Positions 8,776 to 18,523 of a stretch of DNA of 64,000 nucleotides are shown here, piece by piece. The notes beneath the pieces were generated by a model. That model made no database searches. It was not told the origin of the DNA and saw only the letters and a list, made by a program, of their open reading frames with translations. Source of the DNA: an uncultured Acidobacteriota bacterium (lineage in GTDB: Bacteria; Acidobacteriota; Terriglobia; Acidiferrales; UBA7541); assembly GCA_963846235.1 (NCBI GenBank), contig CAWJVF010000003.1, positions 205,372 to 269,371 on the forward strand, written 5' to 3'. The position numbers and the translations under genes are program-made. Numbering within the stretch: position 1 is the stretch's first letter; every line of letters starts with the position of its first letter.

Positions 8776-10810
8776 CCAGCCAGTCGAAAAAGTTTTTGTA
8801 CCAGAGCCTGCTATTTTGCGGCTTCCCGACCCAGTGGCCTTCATCTGGGAAAATAAGCAGCTTGGAAGGCACGTTTTGGCGCTGCATGTCGGTGAAGAAT
8901 TCGAGCGACTGCGTGTAGGGAACGCGATAATCCATCTCTCCGGCGATGACGAGCGTGGGAGTCTTGAATTTTCCGAGTTCGCCGGCGTAGGTGCTGGGAG
9001 ACCATTTGCTATAGCTTTCCGGATTCGACCATGGCATTCCCGCCAAGTCGTGCTCCACGAACCACAGCTCCTCAGTTCCTCCATACATGCTTACGTTGTC
9101 GTAGGGACCGGCGTGGGAGATGAGCGCCTTGAATCGGCCGGTGCGCGTCGCGAACCAATCCATCATGTAGCCGCCGTACGAGCCTCCCGCTGCAGCCGTG
9201 CGGCTAGCATCGATAAATGGGTAATGCGCCAGCGCATAGTCCGTGCCCTTCATCAAATCGTCATAAACTTTTCCGCCCCAATCGTCCCTGATCTCGTCAA
9301 CGAACTTCTGGCCATATCCCGTCGAGCCGCGAGGATTGATCATCACAGCGACATACCCCGGCGAAGCGAAGAGCTCTTCATTCCAGCGGTAGCCCCAATC
9401 GTCAGCCCAGGATCCCTGTGGACCGCCGTGCACGAGCAGAAGCAGCGGATACTTTTTCGAGGCGTCGAAGTGGGGCGGCCGGATCAGGAACCCTTCCACG
9501 CGTGAGCCTCCGGCGCCCTCGAACCAGAACGGTTCGGGCGGATTCATCTCCACCGTAGAGAGCAGGGCAGTATTGTGATGGGTGAGCTGAGTTGCGTGCG
9601 CTCCGTCAGGGTGAGCGGTGAAGATTTCGGATGGCATGGTCACGCTGGAGCGCGTGAAAGCGAGAGTATTTCCATCTGCGTTCACGCTGAGTTCGGAGTT
9701 GTAGCTACCGGGCGCGATAGGATGCGGCGTGCCGCCAGACTTGATATCGACCGCGTAAATAGGCTGTTCGGCCTGATCTTCGGCGACAAAATAGATGCGG
9801 CGGCCATCGGGTGACCAGAGCGGTTCCTGGATGCTGCGGTCGAAATTTTCCGTAAGATTTGTCGTCTTCTGCGTCGCGCGGTCATAAAGCATCAGGCGCC
9901 AGCGATCGCTTTCATAACCGGGCACGAGCTGCGCGTGATAGGCGATGGAATGTCCGTCGGGAGAGTAGATGGGATGACCGTCGAAACCGGGATTCGTGGT
10001 GATTCGCCGGGGTTCGCCGCCCGCCAGCGATACCGTGAAAAGATCGGCGTTGGTGGTCGTGGCTTCCGGCCGATCAGTAATGGCAGTAAAGCAAAGCTCC
10101 TTGGAATCGGGAGAAAAGGCGAAATCCGCGGCATCGCCTCGCTCATCGGGTGGCACGTCGTAATCCGCGCCGGGCGTAAGGTCGCGCGGCGCGCCTCCCG
10201 AAGCGGCAATTACAAACAGATGGCTGCGCTTGCCATCGCTCCAATGAGTCCAGTGACGAAACAGAAGGTGGTCATAGATGCGCGCCTTCACCGGGTCCTT
10301 TTCTCGCGCCTCATCGCGCTGACGATTGCAGGCGTCGTCATGACAATCGGGATAAACCGCCGAGGTGAACGCGATCCACTGGCCATCGGGCGACCATTGT
10401 TCATTGCCAGCTCCGGTTGAAAATTTAGTGAGAGGGTCGCCCTCACCGCCATTCAGTGAGAGCAGATAAATCTGCTCGGTCCCGCCACGGCTGGAGACAA
10501 ATGCCAGCCGTTTGCTGTCGGGCGCCCAGCGTGGCCGACCATCCGAGCCGCCGCGCGTCAGTTGCCGTGGCTCGCTCGTTCCATTTGTACTCACGATCCA
10601 GATATTTCGCGTCAGGCGGTTAGCCGTAATATCCGCTTTCGCGACCGTGTAGGCGACCCACTGCCCGTCGGGCGACACCATCGGCTCGCTGATCCGATCG
10701 ATGGCCATTAGATCGTCGAAACTAAGCGGGCGCTTCTGCTGGGCCCAAACAGGACCGGTGGCCAGGATCAGTAAAGCAAGAAGGAACCAAGTTCCGAGCA
10801 GATGTTTCAT
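8759..10810 (-). CDS. S9 family serine peptidase (prolyl oligopeptidase / dipeptidyl peptidase type) with N-terminal beta-propeller
   Basis: GGSYGGYM nucleophile elbow, C-terminal Asp and His region (MDYRVP, DEGHW), signal peptide MKHLLGTWFLLALLILA, GGAGA upstream. Confidence 0.85.
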   Translation of the reverse strand: MKHLLGTWFLLALLILATGPVWAQQKRPLSFDDLMAIDRISEPMVSPDGQWVAYTVAKADITANRLTRNIWIVSTNGTSEPRQLTRGGSDGRPRWAPDSKRLAFVSSRGGTEQIYLLSLNGGEGDPLTKFSTGAGNEQWSPDGQWIAFTSAVYPDCHDDACNRQRDEAREKDPVKARIYDHLLFRHWTHWSDGKRSHLFVIAASGGAPRDLTPGADYDVPPDERGDAADFAFSPDSKELCFTAITDRPEATTTNADLFTVSLAGGEPRRITTNPGFDGHPIYSPDGHSIAYHAQLVPGYESDRWRLMLYDRATQKTTNLTENFDRSIQEPLWSPDGRRIYFVAEDQAEQPIYAVDIKSGGTPHPIAPGSYNSELSVNADGNTLAFTRSSVTMPSEIFTAHPDGAHATQLTHHNTALLSTVEMNPPEPFWFEGAGGSRVEGFLIRPPHFDASKKYPLLLLVHGGPQGSWADDWGYRWNEELFASPGYVAVMINPRGSTGYGQKFVDEIRDDWGGKVYDDLMKGTDYALAHYPFIDASRTAAAGGSYGGYMMDWFATRTGRFKALISHAGPYDNVSMYGGTEELWFVEHDLAGMPWSNPESYSKWSPSTYAGELGKFKTPTLVIAGEMDYRVPYTQSLEFFTDMQRQNVPSKLLIFPDEGHWVGKPQNSRLWYKNFFDWLATYLK

Positions 10811-10848
10811 CGTGACTCTCCTACTCCGCTCCTTCATCTCCTAAGGGG

Positions 10849-12783
10849 CTATCGCCCGTCCGAACGGGCCGTCTCACGGGCATTTCCATGTTGCGTGAGT
10901 GGCCGCAGCGTATCGCTCAACAGGTCCGGCTCCGCGCTATTTCTCACCAAATGAGGGTAGCGTTCGCCGCCATGATATTGAACATTATAAGTGAGCACGA
11001 AGCCGCCGTTGTCGGCAGTGATGACGATAGGCTTGCTTCCGTTCTTCGTTTCGGAAATGGCCTCGTGAAGAGCGCCGGGCGTGAATCCCCGGCCATTGAC
11101 GGAAAGCAGGCGCATGCCCGGAGCGAGACCCGACTCCGCGGCCGGCATCCCGGGGATCACATCGGCTAACCGGCCATTTTCTTCGCCGCTGCCAATTTGA
11201 ACGAGCATGCCCAGAGAAAAGCTGAGGTCAACCATTTCGTCCACGCTCTCGCGCACGCGCATCACGGCGTTTTCCTCGTCGTTGTAAGTGAGCTGCCAGC
11301 CGCCGCGTTCGATTCCACCGATCGGGGCGTGGGGATTGATTTCGTAAACGCGGGCGTTGAAGAAGCCGCGCCAGTCATAAGGAACCGTCGCGTTCAATGC
11401 GGCGATGACATCATCGAGGGTGTAAGGCACGAGCTTGGGGCTTGAGTCCGGCGGCCCATAAAATCGGCGGCAGAAATCGTCGAGAGATTTTTGCCCGTGC
11501 GACTGCTGGCGGATCAGCGTGTCCGCATCGAGCCAGATGAGCCAGCCTTCGTCGTAGAAATCGACGCTGCGTCTCCAGGACTCCCAATTGTGAGGAGCAT
11601 CGTAAAGGAGCGACGCAGCGAGAGCCGTGTCTTCCAGACTTCTCCAGGATCGGCCCGGCCGATTATCTAGGTAAGCCGCGACGCGGGCGAGCGCCTCACG
11701 GTAGTCTTCCTGCGTCCGCAACCCCGAGCGGGCTGCGAGAAATTCACCGATGTATTGCGTCAGCCCCTCGTAAATCCACAGAAGATCGTCTTTCATCGGC
11801 TGCTCGTAATCGGCAGTCGCAAGACCCGCGGGCCGTCGATATTTCCCGTTCCAGGAATGCGTGAATTCATGGGAGAGCAGAGAATTCGAGCTCTCTTCCT
11901 GGTCGCTGTTGATGAAGGTGCGTTCGGCAATCCGTTCGTCGCTGGATTGATGATGCTCAAGACCGTTGGGATAAAAGTAGTTCGTCAGCGAGACAAGAAA
12001 ATCGTAGTGATCGTAGTGGCGAGCGCCGAAAAGCGCCCCAGCCTCACGCACCAGCCGACTATAAGCTGCGATCTGATCGTCCGAAATCGCCAGCGCAGCA
12101 GCGCTATCCGCCGCGATATCCAAGTGATGCGGAGGTTTGACGTCGGGAGCGAGGGGGATGGACCGGAAATTCTGTCCGGTAAGCACCGGTGAATCCACGA
12201 GCGTGGTTAGAGAGACGGGTGCGAAGAGAATCTCTTCAGCGTCCTGTTTCTCCACCGTTAGGGAGCTAGCGAACTTCCAGCCTTGGGGAAGGCGCACGCT
12301 GGCCTGATAAGTGAGCGAATCGGTTGGGGCTCCGGAAGGGTAGAAGGCGAGCAGATTCCACTCCAGCACAGCCAGCATTTGGTCGGCCGAGGGGCCGGCA
12401 GAGAAGCCTTCGCCATTCGCGGGCGACAAATAATCATAGGTGGCTTCCAGAGTGGTTGCACCAGCGGGAGCGTCGATATGGAACATGTACATGTCCACAT
12501 CGTCTCGCCGCCAAGGAATGGTCTTGCCGTTGGCGGAAAACTTCAGGCCAACAACGTCGGCAATGGGGCCGTCGGGCGCGTGCTCGCCAGGGATCCACTT
12601 CGGGTAGAGCAGTGTGAGCGGGCCGGGTTTAACCGGCAGCTCCAGGCGGGCGTGAAAGATGCGGCGGGGGGCTTCGCGCAAGTCGGCGGAGAGGCGGACC
12701 GTACCAGTCTGGGCCTGCGCCGACGGCATGTAGACCAGCGCCGCAAACAACAGAAGGATCAGACGCCTTTTAGCTTGGCCCAT
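10849..12783 (-). CDS. M61 family glycyl aminopeptidase-like metallopeptidase with C-terminal PDZ
   Basis: HEFTHSWNGK zinc motif, PDZ-like GMRLLSVNG, signal peptide at MGQAKRRLILLLFAAL with AGGAGG upstream. Confidence 0.85.
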   Translation of the reverse strand: MGQAKRRLILLLFAALVYMPSAQAQTGTVRLSADLREAPRRIFHARLELPVKPGPLTLLYPKWIPGEHAPDGPIADVVGLKFSANGKTIPWRRDDVDMYMFHIDAPAGATTLEATYDYLSPANGEGFSAGPSADQMLAVLEWNLLAFYPSGAPTDSLTYQASVRLPQGWKFASSLTVEKQDAEEILFAPVSLTTLVDSPVLTGQNFRSIPLAPDVKPPHHLDIAADSAAALAISDDQIAAYSRLVREAGALFGARHYDHYDFLVSLTNYFYPNGLEHHQSSDERIAERTFINSDQEESSNSLLSHEFTHSWNGKYRRPAGLATADYEQPMKDDLLWIYEGLTQYIGEFLAARSGLRTQEDYREALARVAAYLDNRPGRSWRSLEDTALAASLLYDAPHNWESWRRSVDFYDEGWLIWLDADTLIRQQSHGQKSLDDFCRRFYGPPDSSPKLVPYTLDDVIAALNATVPYDWRGFFNARVYEINPHAPIGGIERGGWQLTYNDEENAVMRVRESVDEMVDLSFSLGMLVQIGSGEENGRLADVIPGMPAAESGLAPGMRLLSVNGRGFTPGALHEAISETKNGSKPIVITADNGGFVLTYNVQYHGGERYPHLVRNSAEPDLLSDTLRPLTQHGNARETARSDGR

Positions 12784-13180
12784 GCCGCCTCCTTTACCGG
12801 TACCACTTTTGCGGGTAGATGCTACCGCAGCCCCAAAGGAGGCCATTATGGCACCTACGCTCGACGTCGACGAAAACCGAAGTGGACTGGGTGCGAAACA
12901 GGGTGGCACCCCCCTCCCCCTTTTTTGTGTAAGTGCGCATTCTAGACACAAGCGATATGTTCGCATTTCGTTGATAGCTCGTAACTTATTGATATATAGT
13001 CATTTCATGGCTTCAGTAACAATGCTTATTATGCTTAAGATGCTTATTATGGACGGATTCGCAGTTCAAACACAGAGCAAATCCACTGCTGCCGACTGAT
13101 CACTGGCGCGACGACCGCGACACTTTCGGGCGAGCATTGCGTGCCCATACCTAGCCCAGCTCAACATGAGCCGGGCTGGC

Positions 13181-13387
13181 TCACGCAGCCGTACTACGAC
13201 TTAGTGGGCGGCCTCTTTCCCCGCAGCGAGGGCAGTTACCATCAAACTCCTCAATCGAGTATGTCTCTTTTGGGAGTACCAATTGTTGGGCTGAGGCCTC
13301 GGCCTCGTGGTGGGTCTTAAAAACTTCCCAATCTAATTTGGAACCGGACCAGCGGATGTGAAAGTGTTGCACGGTAGCCTCCTCCAC
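13181..13387 (-). CDS. small hypothetical protein
   Basis: 68-aa ORF in AT-richer DNA with a C-terminal CPRCG motif. No other support. Confidence 0.3.
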   Translation of the reverse strand: MEEATVQHFHIRWSGSKLDWEVFKTHHEAEASAQQLVLPKETYSIEEFDGNCPRCGERGRPLSRSTAA

Positions 13388-13864
13388 GTTCCTCCAACGT
13401 GATTTGAGAAAGTCGTTAAGTGCGGATGGGCTTGGGACGGAAAATATTTTATTAATTAGAAAGCGGCTGTCAAGTTCTCTTCGCCGGTAGGCGGGCTTTC
13501 AGATTGACCAAATCATATCGCCCGGCGATATATATAAGACACTGAAAGGACTAATTCGGTGTAGCCTTAGCGGAGGTTTCGTTTCCGGCTGCGGCGTTCC
13601 CTGAGAAGTTGAGGGAACGAGCGGAGGGTACAGTCGGGAAAGTATCGGACGATCTCTCTCCCCATTCGTTGACATCTCGGCGTCCGCAGACTTTAAGGTT
13701 TTTCCGGTATTGAACAGACGAGCTTGTAAACGCATTATTAGCGGCCCGCCCAGGGCCTTGCAGCGGCTTTCCGGGTAGTCTGGTGATTTTGCTCGGAGCA
13801 CCATTGCCAGCAAGAATCGAATCTCCAACGACGAACTGGGCAGCGCCATAAAGACAACAACTAA

Positions 13865-14476
13865 ATGTGTGCAATCGGACTTGAGGAGGGAGTGTTGGCT
13901 GGTTTCAATTACCGCATTTTAGTTGTCGATGACGATCCAAGTGTGCGACAGACCTCGCTTCTAGTTCTGAAGACCAAGGGGTACGAGGTGCGGGCGGCAG
14001 GGGATGGCTTTGTGGCCCTTGCGGAACTTCGGCGCTCTGTGCCGGACGTTATCATCTCCGATTTGGGTATGCCCAATATGAGTGGCTTTGAGCTTCTGTC
14101 AATCGTTAGGCGGCGTTTCCCGCACATTCCCGTGATCGCCATCAGCGCACAATTCGAGGGCTCACCGAACGGGGTGATTGCAGATGCTTTTTTCAGTAAA
14201 GCCCAGTACACCCCCGAGCAACTGTTCGCAAAGATTGTGGAATTATTAGAACAGTCACCGCTACGGCCTCACCTTGCCAGGCCAGACGGGGCTCCGGTAT
14301 GGGTTCCGAAAAGCGATACAGGATACTTTGTGGTGACGTGTACTGAATGCTTGCGTTCGTTTTCTGTCCCCGATGAACAAGCAGCAAATGAGTTGCACGA
14401 GACGAACTGTTTCTTTTGCGATGCTCCCGTTCGTTATCTAGCGAATTTGCAGGCTTTTCGGAAAAAGGCGAATTAG
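13865..14476 (+). CDS. orphan response-regulator receiver protein with C-terminal CxxC..CxxC zinc-ribbon-like tail
   Basis: ILVVDDDPSVRQ...DVIISDLGMPNMSG receiver motifs. C-terminal CTEC...CFFC. No adjacent kinase. Confidence 0.75.
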   Translation: MCAIGLEEGVLAGFNYRILVVDDDPSVRQTSLLVLKTKGYEVRAAGDGFVALAELRRSVPDVIISDLGMPNMSGFELLSIVRRRFPHIPVIAISAQFEGSPNGVIADAFFSKAQYTPEQLFAKIVELLEQSPLRPHLARPDGAPVWVPKSDTGYFVVTCTECLRSFSVPDEQAANELHETNCFFCDAPVRYLANLQAFRKKAN

Positions 14477-14543
14477 GTGCGTACGGTACGAGGCCAATCC
14501 TACGCTGTTGATTGGTGCGGGCGCACCAGTGGCTCAGCTGGTC

Positions 14544-14804
14544 CTATAGTCCACTCAACATCCAGCTAGGTACTTCCACCAAAAATTCTAGCATTCGCTT
14601 TCTCAAGGACTTCTCAGGTTCCGTATTACCGTGGTCCAGCAAGTGCTTGAGGCCGAGTTGAACCCATTCCATGCGCAGCGCATGGGCCATATCGGATTGT
14701 TTGGTATCGGCGGAAACATGGCGAGCAACGTTTGCACACAATTCCGCTAATCCGGTCAGATCGACTTCGTGCAGGGGTTTCCGATAGATGTTTTCGCGGT
14801 CCAT
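14544..14804 (-). CDS. hypothetical protein
   Basis: 86-aa ORF with no recognisable motif. Confidence 0.35.
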   Translation of the reverse strand: MDRENIYRKPLHEVDLTGLAELCANVARHVSADTKQSDMAHALRMEWVQLGLKHLLDHGNTEPEKSLRKRMLEFLVEVPSWMLSGL

Positions 14805-14942
14805 ATAGCCTCCTTCGGCTTATGTCCCGCACGCTTCCAGGAAAGTATTTTCGGGGCAGGGATGCACTGTAGCACGCAAAAGTTTACTTCGGTCACTTCT
14901 TTAGCCGAGAGGTGTCTCGTTAGCGAAGGAAATTGCGGTACG

Positions 14943-15584
14943 TTAGTTTAATTTTTCGCCCGACCGACACAGCGTTGCTCCGTACGCCCGAAATTTGTCA
15001 AACATCTCGCGCCTACCGCGTTTCTGCGTGTAATCGGGATTCAGAATTTTGAACCAAGACATCGGAGCCGTCGTGTAAGGTCCTAGCCGATGCTTCGCCA
15101 CGATGCCTTCGCAATCGCGTTCGCACACTGCACTGTAGAGCCCGACGCCAGATTCCTCAACGTAGTCGGCAAAGAATACGCCGCTGACTTTATTGCTGCT
15201 CAGGACATGCCGCAGGACGCGCTTCCGATGCATCAGAGCCAGCGGTCGAAGATCCTGGCCGTCCAGCCATAAACAATCAAAAGCGTAGAAGAGAACGTCT
15301 CGGCTGGACCGTCGCATCAGTGTATTGAATTGGCTGCGACCTTCGTTGTCGAGACAGACCAATTCTCCGTCCAATATCGCGTCTTGCTTGAGCCCGGCCA
15401 ATGCCTTGGCGACCGCAGTGAAGCTCTTGTACACGATATTTTTCCGGGAGATTAACTGGCATGTTCCGGCCTCGATGTATGCCGTGGCGCGGAAACCGTC
15501 ATGCTTCAGCTCGAAGAACCAGTCGTGATGGTCAAACGGCGTGGCGATGCGGACGGGCGCGATGGGTGTGATGGCGGGCAGCAT
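14943..15584 (-). CDS. minimal ATP-dependent DNA ligase (nucleotidyltransferase domain only)
   Basis: Motif I ELKHDGFR (KxDG), motif III FYAFDCLWLDG, motif IV EGIVAKH, motif V WFKILNP. The protein ends about 25 aa after motif V, so no OB domain is present. Confidence 0.75.
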   Translation of the reverse strand: MLPAITPIAPVRIATPFDHHDWFFELKHDGFRATAYIEAGTCQLISRKNIVYKSFTAVAKALAGLKQDAILDGELVCLDNEGRSQFNTLMRRSSRDVLFYAFDCLWLDGQDLRPLALMHRKRVLRHVLSSNKVSGVFFADYVEESGVGLYSAVCERDCEGIVAKHRLGPYTTAPMSWFKILNPDYTQKRGRREMFDKFRAYGATLCRSGEKLN

Positions 15585-15658
15585 TCATTAATTATCTTGG
15601 CCGTTCGGACATGCGTCAAATCGCGGATAACAGCCATCAGCGATGCTAACCTATCACC

Positions 15659-16264
15659 ATGCCAAACGAGATTCTTCCGTGGGAAGACGCTCTACTAGAG
15701 CGCAAGCTGGAATCAGATTTAAACGATCTTCTTAAGACGCTCGTGGCGTTTGCCAATTCTGTTCGGCCTGATCACACGGCTGTGATTCTGATAGGAGAGC
15801 GCGATGACGGTGCGGTGCAGGGCGTTACGAATCCTGATGCCATCCAGAAGAGAGTGAGAAGGGAATGCGACAAAATTTATCCTCCTATTCCGTGGCGCTC
15901 ACGGGTGTATGAGAAGGACGGGAAGCCGTGTGTGCGTGTCGAAATTGAATTCAGCGGCGATACTCCGCACTTTGGCGGTAGTGCGTGGGTTCGACACGGT
16001 TCGGTTACGATCGTTCGGGAACTGGCGAAGTGGCTGGACAAAGAGATTCTGGTGGCCGGTGATGAGGGAACAGTGGACTATCGGGAGCGTCATCTTTCCG
16101 GTCATCCCAGATGGTCGGGAACACGAAAGGCGACACTTCGCTTCTTCAATAACTTTTGGGCGACGTTCTTTGTCGAAGGTAGGACGGTGTCGGAGCCAAT
16201 TGAGAAGTTGATCTTAAGCTGGGATGAGCAATCGAAATGTTTGAAGGTGCTCGTTAAGCTTTAA
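15659..16264 (+). CDS. AlbA_2 / Schlafen-like putative DNA-binding domain protein
   Basis: The N-terminus WEDALLERKLE...LLKTLVAFANS...ILIGERDDGAVQGV resembles the AlbA_2 domain signature. Confidence 0.5.
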   Translation: MPNEILPWEDALLERKLESDLNDLLKTLVAFANSVRPDHTAVILIGERDDGAVQGVTNPDAIQKRVRRECDKIYPPIPWRSRVYEKDGKPCVRVEIEFSGDTPHFGGSAWVRHGSVTIVRELAKWLDKEILVAGDEGTVDYRERHLSGHPRWSGTRKATLRFFNNFWATFFVEGRTVSEPIEKLILSWDEQSKCLKVLVKL

Positions 16265-16584
16265 CGCTCTATTCTCTCGTCTCCGTGGAGAGCTTGTCCA
16301 ACAACGGCGGGAGCACGTCGTCGGCGGCAGTGATCAGTTTCAGAAGTTGACTCAGTTCGAAATTCAGGGGTTTTGATTATCGCGAAGGGGCGTTCCATCG
16401 TGACGCCCCGCACCTTCTCCAAGTTAGCGGGCTTAGTTGCTTGATTGCCGATGCCACCCCGCTGCTCTTTTTAACAAGCACAACGTCGTGCAGAGGGTAT
16501 ACTCGCAGCCGAATTAAGCGTGTGCGCACCATGAGAGCGGCCCTAGGCACCCATGCTAGAAAGCGAGGGGAAAAGGAGCGAGCT

Positions 16585-17151
16585 ATGAGAGCATCCCAAA
16601 ACAAAATCTTGGCCATTCTCGCAGCAATGTCGTTGTTGCCGTTTGCCGCATCGACCAAGGAAAAAGAGCAGCCGAAAGAGCCGATTCGCATATTTGTTAG
16701 CACCGCCCAGCCGGAACGAGGATCGTTCGTCCCTGCCGACCAAAATCCTGAAAGAATGGAGATGTTGGCGACTGAAATCCGCAAATGGGGATTCGGCAAG
16801 AAACAAGTAGAGCACTATGGAACTGAACTTGTTAGCACCCCGGAGGGGGCGGACGTAGTAATCAAAGTGGTCGGTGCGGCAATGGTCCAGTCGGCCACCT
16901 ATCATCAAGAGCAGTATGAAAGCACAAGCGTTCCGCAGAAAGTCGAATTAGTAAAGTTGATCGTAACCGTAGGTAGCCACAACGAAACTGTCGAAGGGCG
17001 CAACGACGGCACAGCGATTTGGTTCGCTGGACCGGATACCTACTGGAAAAATGCAGCCGAGCTAGCGTATGAGCAGGCACGCGATGGCGAAGAAGATGGC
17101 AGGTCAGAAGCCGGTTTCCTGAGCCTAAGCGAACGACTGCATCGGAAATAA
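16585..17151 (+). CDS. exported hypothetical protein
   Basis: Signal peptide MRASQNKILAILAAMSLLPFAAS. No recognisable domain. The longer upstream start is unlikely. Confidence 0.5.
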   Translation: MRASQNKILAILAAMSLLPFAASTKEKEQPKEPIRIFVSTAQPERGSFVPADQNPERMEMLATEIRKWGFGKKQVEHYGTELVSTPEGADVVIKVVGAAMVQSATYHQEQYESTSVPQKVELVKLIVTVGSHNETVEGRNDGTAIWFAGPDTYWKNAAELAYEQARDGEEDGRSEAGFLSLSERLHRK

Positions 17152-17952
17152 GTCTGACTTAATAAAGAAGGATTCGAACTTTGAGGCGAGAGCAACGCAC
17201 ATCTGAGGCGGCATAACTGGTCGCTCGACACGACGTGGGACTCCGTCGTAAATTCGGCCTTCAAGCTTTCTACCGGTCGCCGACTTGCGGACGCCTCCCC
17301 ACTGTTTGAAAAAGAAAGGAATCTTATTTAGTCGGCACTGATCCCTTATGGAAGTCACCCATTCTTTTTCCATCGGCCGAGCGCCGGGGCCACTCTCTCC
17401 GCCCACGATCACCCATTGGATACCTTTTAGATCTAACGCCCCTAGATCCTCCAGCAACGGCTCAATCGAGAGGAAACGAACAGGCACCCGAGCATTCCGT
17501 AAATCCTCGATCCTCGGTACGCCATGCTTCTTATCTTCGACACTAACTCCCCACCAGATATGTGGTTGATGCGCAGCAAATTGCAGAGAAGAATTGAGGA
17601 GTCGCCGGAGACGTTCAGAGCGTTTCGTAAGGACTTGGTAAGTGTGCCAGTTTGCCGCCACCATCACCTGTGCCACAGCACGGATATAAGCTTCTGGTAC
17701 GCCATCATGAAACAAATCACTCATTGAATTTACAAAGATCATCTTTGGTCTGCGCCAACGCAGAGGTTCTCCGAGCTTTTCAGGGACTGGACGCAAATCA
17801 AATCCGCGCTCGTACGGATGACCTTTCACGCCTCGAAAACGCTGTGCAAAGGTTTCCGCGTAGCAGTGCTTGCATCCGGGACTGAGCTTGGAGCAGCCGC
17901 GCACCGGATTCCAAGTTGCGTCAGTCCACTCGATCTTCGACCGTCCGCTCAT
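17125..17952 (-). CDS. phage Gp37/Gp68 family protein (DUF5131, three-Cys motif)
   Basis: KIEWTDATWNPVRGCSKLSPGCKHCYAE is the characteristic N-terminal signature. Length is typical at about 275 aa. Confidence 0.85.
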   Translation of the reverse strand: MSGRSKIEWTDATWNPVRGCSKLSPGCKHCYAETFAQRFRGVKGHPYERGFDLRPVPEKLGEPLRWRRPKMIFVNSMSDLFHDGVPEAYIRAVAQVMVAANWHTYQVLTKRSERLRRLLNSSLQFAAHQPHIWWGVSVEDKKHGVPRIEDLRNARVPVRFLSIEPLLEDLGALDLKGIQWVIVGGESGPGARPMEKEWVTSIRDQCRLNKIPFFFKQWGGVRKSATGRKLEGRIYDGVPRRVERPVMPPQMCVALASKFESFFIKSDLFPMQSFA

Positions 17953-17983
17953 AAAAGTGACTATAGCATTACGAATAGGGGCG

Positions 17984-18523
17984 TTAGTTACGGCGCTCTG
18001 GCCGTATATACGGAACCTGCAATAGTGAGAACAATTCTTGCTCGGTGCTCGCTCTTAACAGTTGACCGTTTGCATCTTCGATTCCATCACCTGAGGCACG
18101 CAGTTTCATTCCAAGCTCTCTCGCTCTCTGAGCCAACTTAATGTTGTGTTCCTTACTACCCGTGCGGATGAGAAGCAATGTTGTCCAAGTTTCCGGTGTT
18201 GCGATGTAGAGGTCCACGGGAATTCCAGTTTTTGCCGCTATGAAGCACTTTATCTTCTCCTTGCCACGTACCTCGGTTAGGCTACCTCGCTCAACGAGCT
18301 GCCGTAAGATTTGATCAATCGGCGTTTCGTCTCCCAGAACAAACTGGTCCGAGCCTCTTTGTGGTATCAGAACAATGTCGATATCGTGGACGGTGGGGCT
18401 ACCCCGACGCAAGGATCCTGCGATCTCGATGAGGTGAGAGACTGGCCTCAATTCCTCGACGATTAGGCGTGCCACCGCTAGTGCAATTGCCGCCGGAAAT
18501 CTTGTGGTTTCGGCCAAGATCAT
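17984..18523 (-). CDS. mini family-X (Pol beta-like) nucleotidyltransferase, palm plus thumb only
   Basis: GSLRRGSPTVHDIDIVL (GS motif plus DxD), PVDLYIA (third Asp), RTGSKEHNIKLAQRA and C-terminal EQELFSLLQVPYIRPERR match bacterial PolX cores. No 8-kDa, fingers or PHP domains. Confidence 0.7.
   Translation of the reverse strand: MILAETTRFPAAIALAVARLIVEELRPVSHLIEIAGSLRRGSPTVHDIDIVLIPQRGSDQFVLGDETPIDQILRQLVERGSLTEVRGKEKIKCFIAAKTGIPVDLYIATPETWTTLLLIRTGSKEHNIKLAQRARELGMKLRASGDGIEDANGQLLRASTEQELFSLLQVPYIRPERRN

Noticed and set aside
8630-9505. 291-aa forward ORF, along with many other long antisense ORFs in the track (for example 2435..3247, 4143..4661, 11755..12192, 41516..42190)
   Set aside because: They lie entirely antisense to or overlapping well-supported genes in GC-rich DNA. 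They have no motifs and have Arg/Ser/Gly-rich compositions typical of off-frame translation.
13499-13874. 116-aa and 107-aa overlapping minus-strand ORFs upstream of the REC gene
   Set aside because: They are mutually overlapping, lack RBS and motifs, and sit in the AT-rich boundary region. Treated as non-coding.
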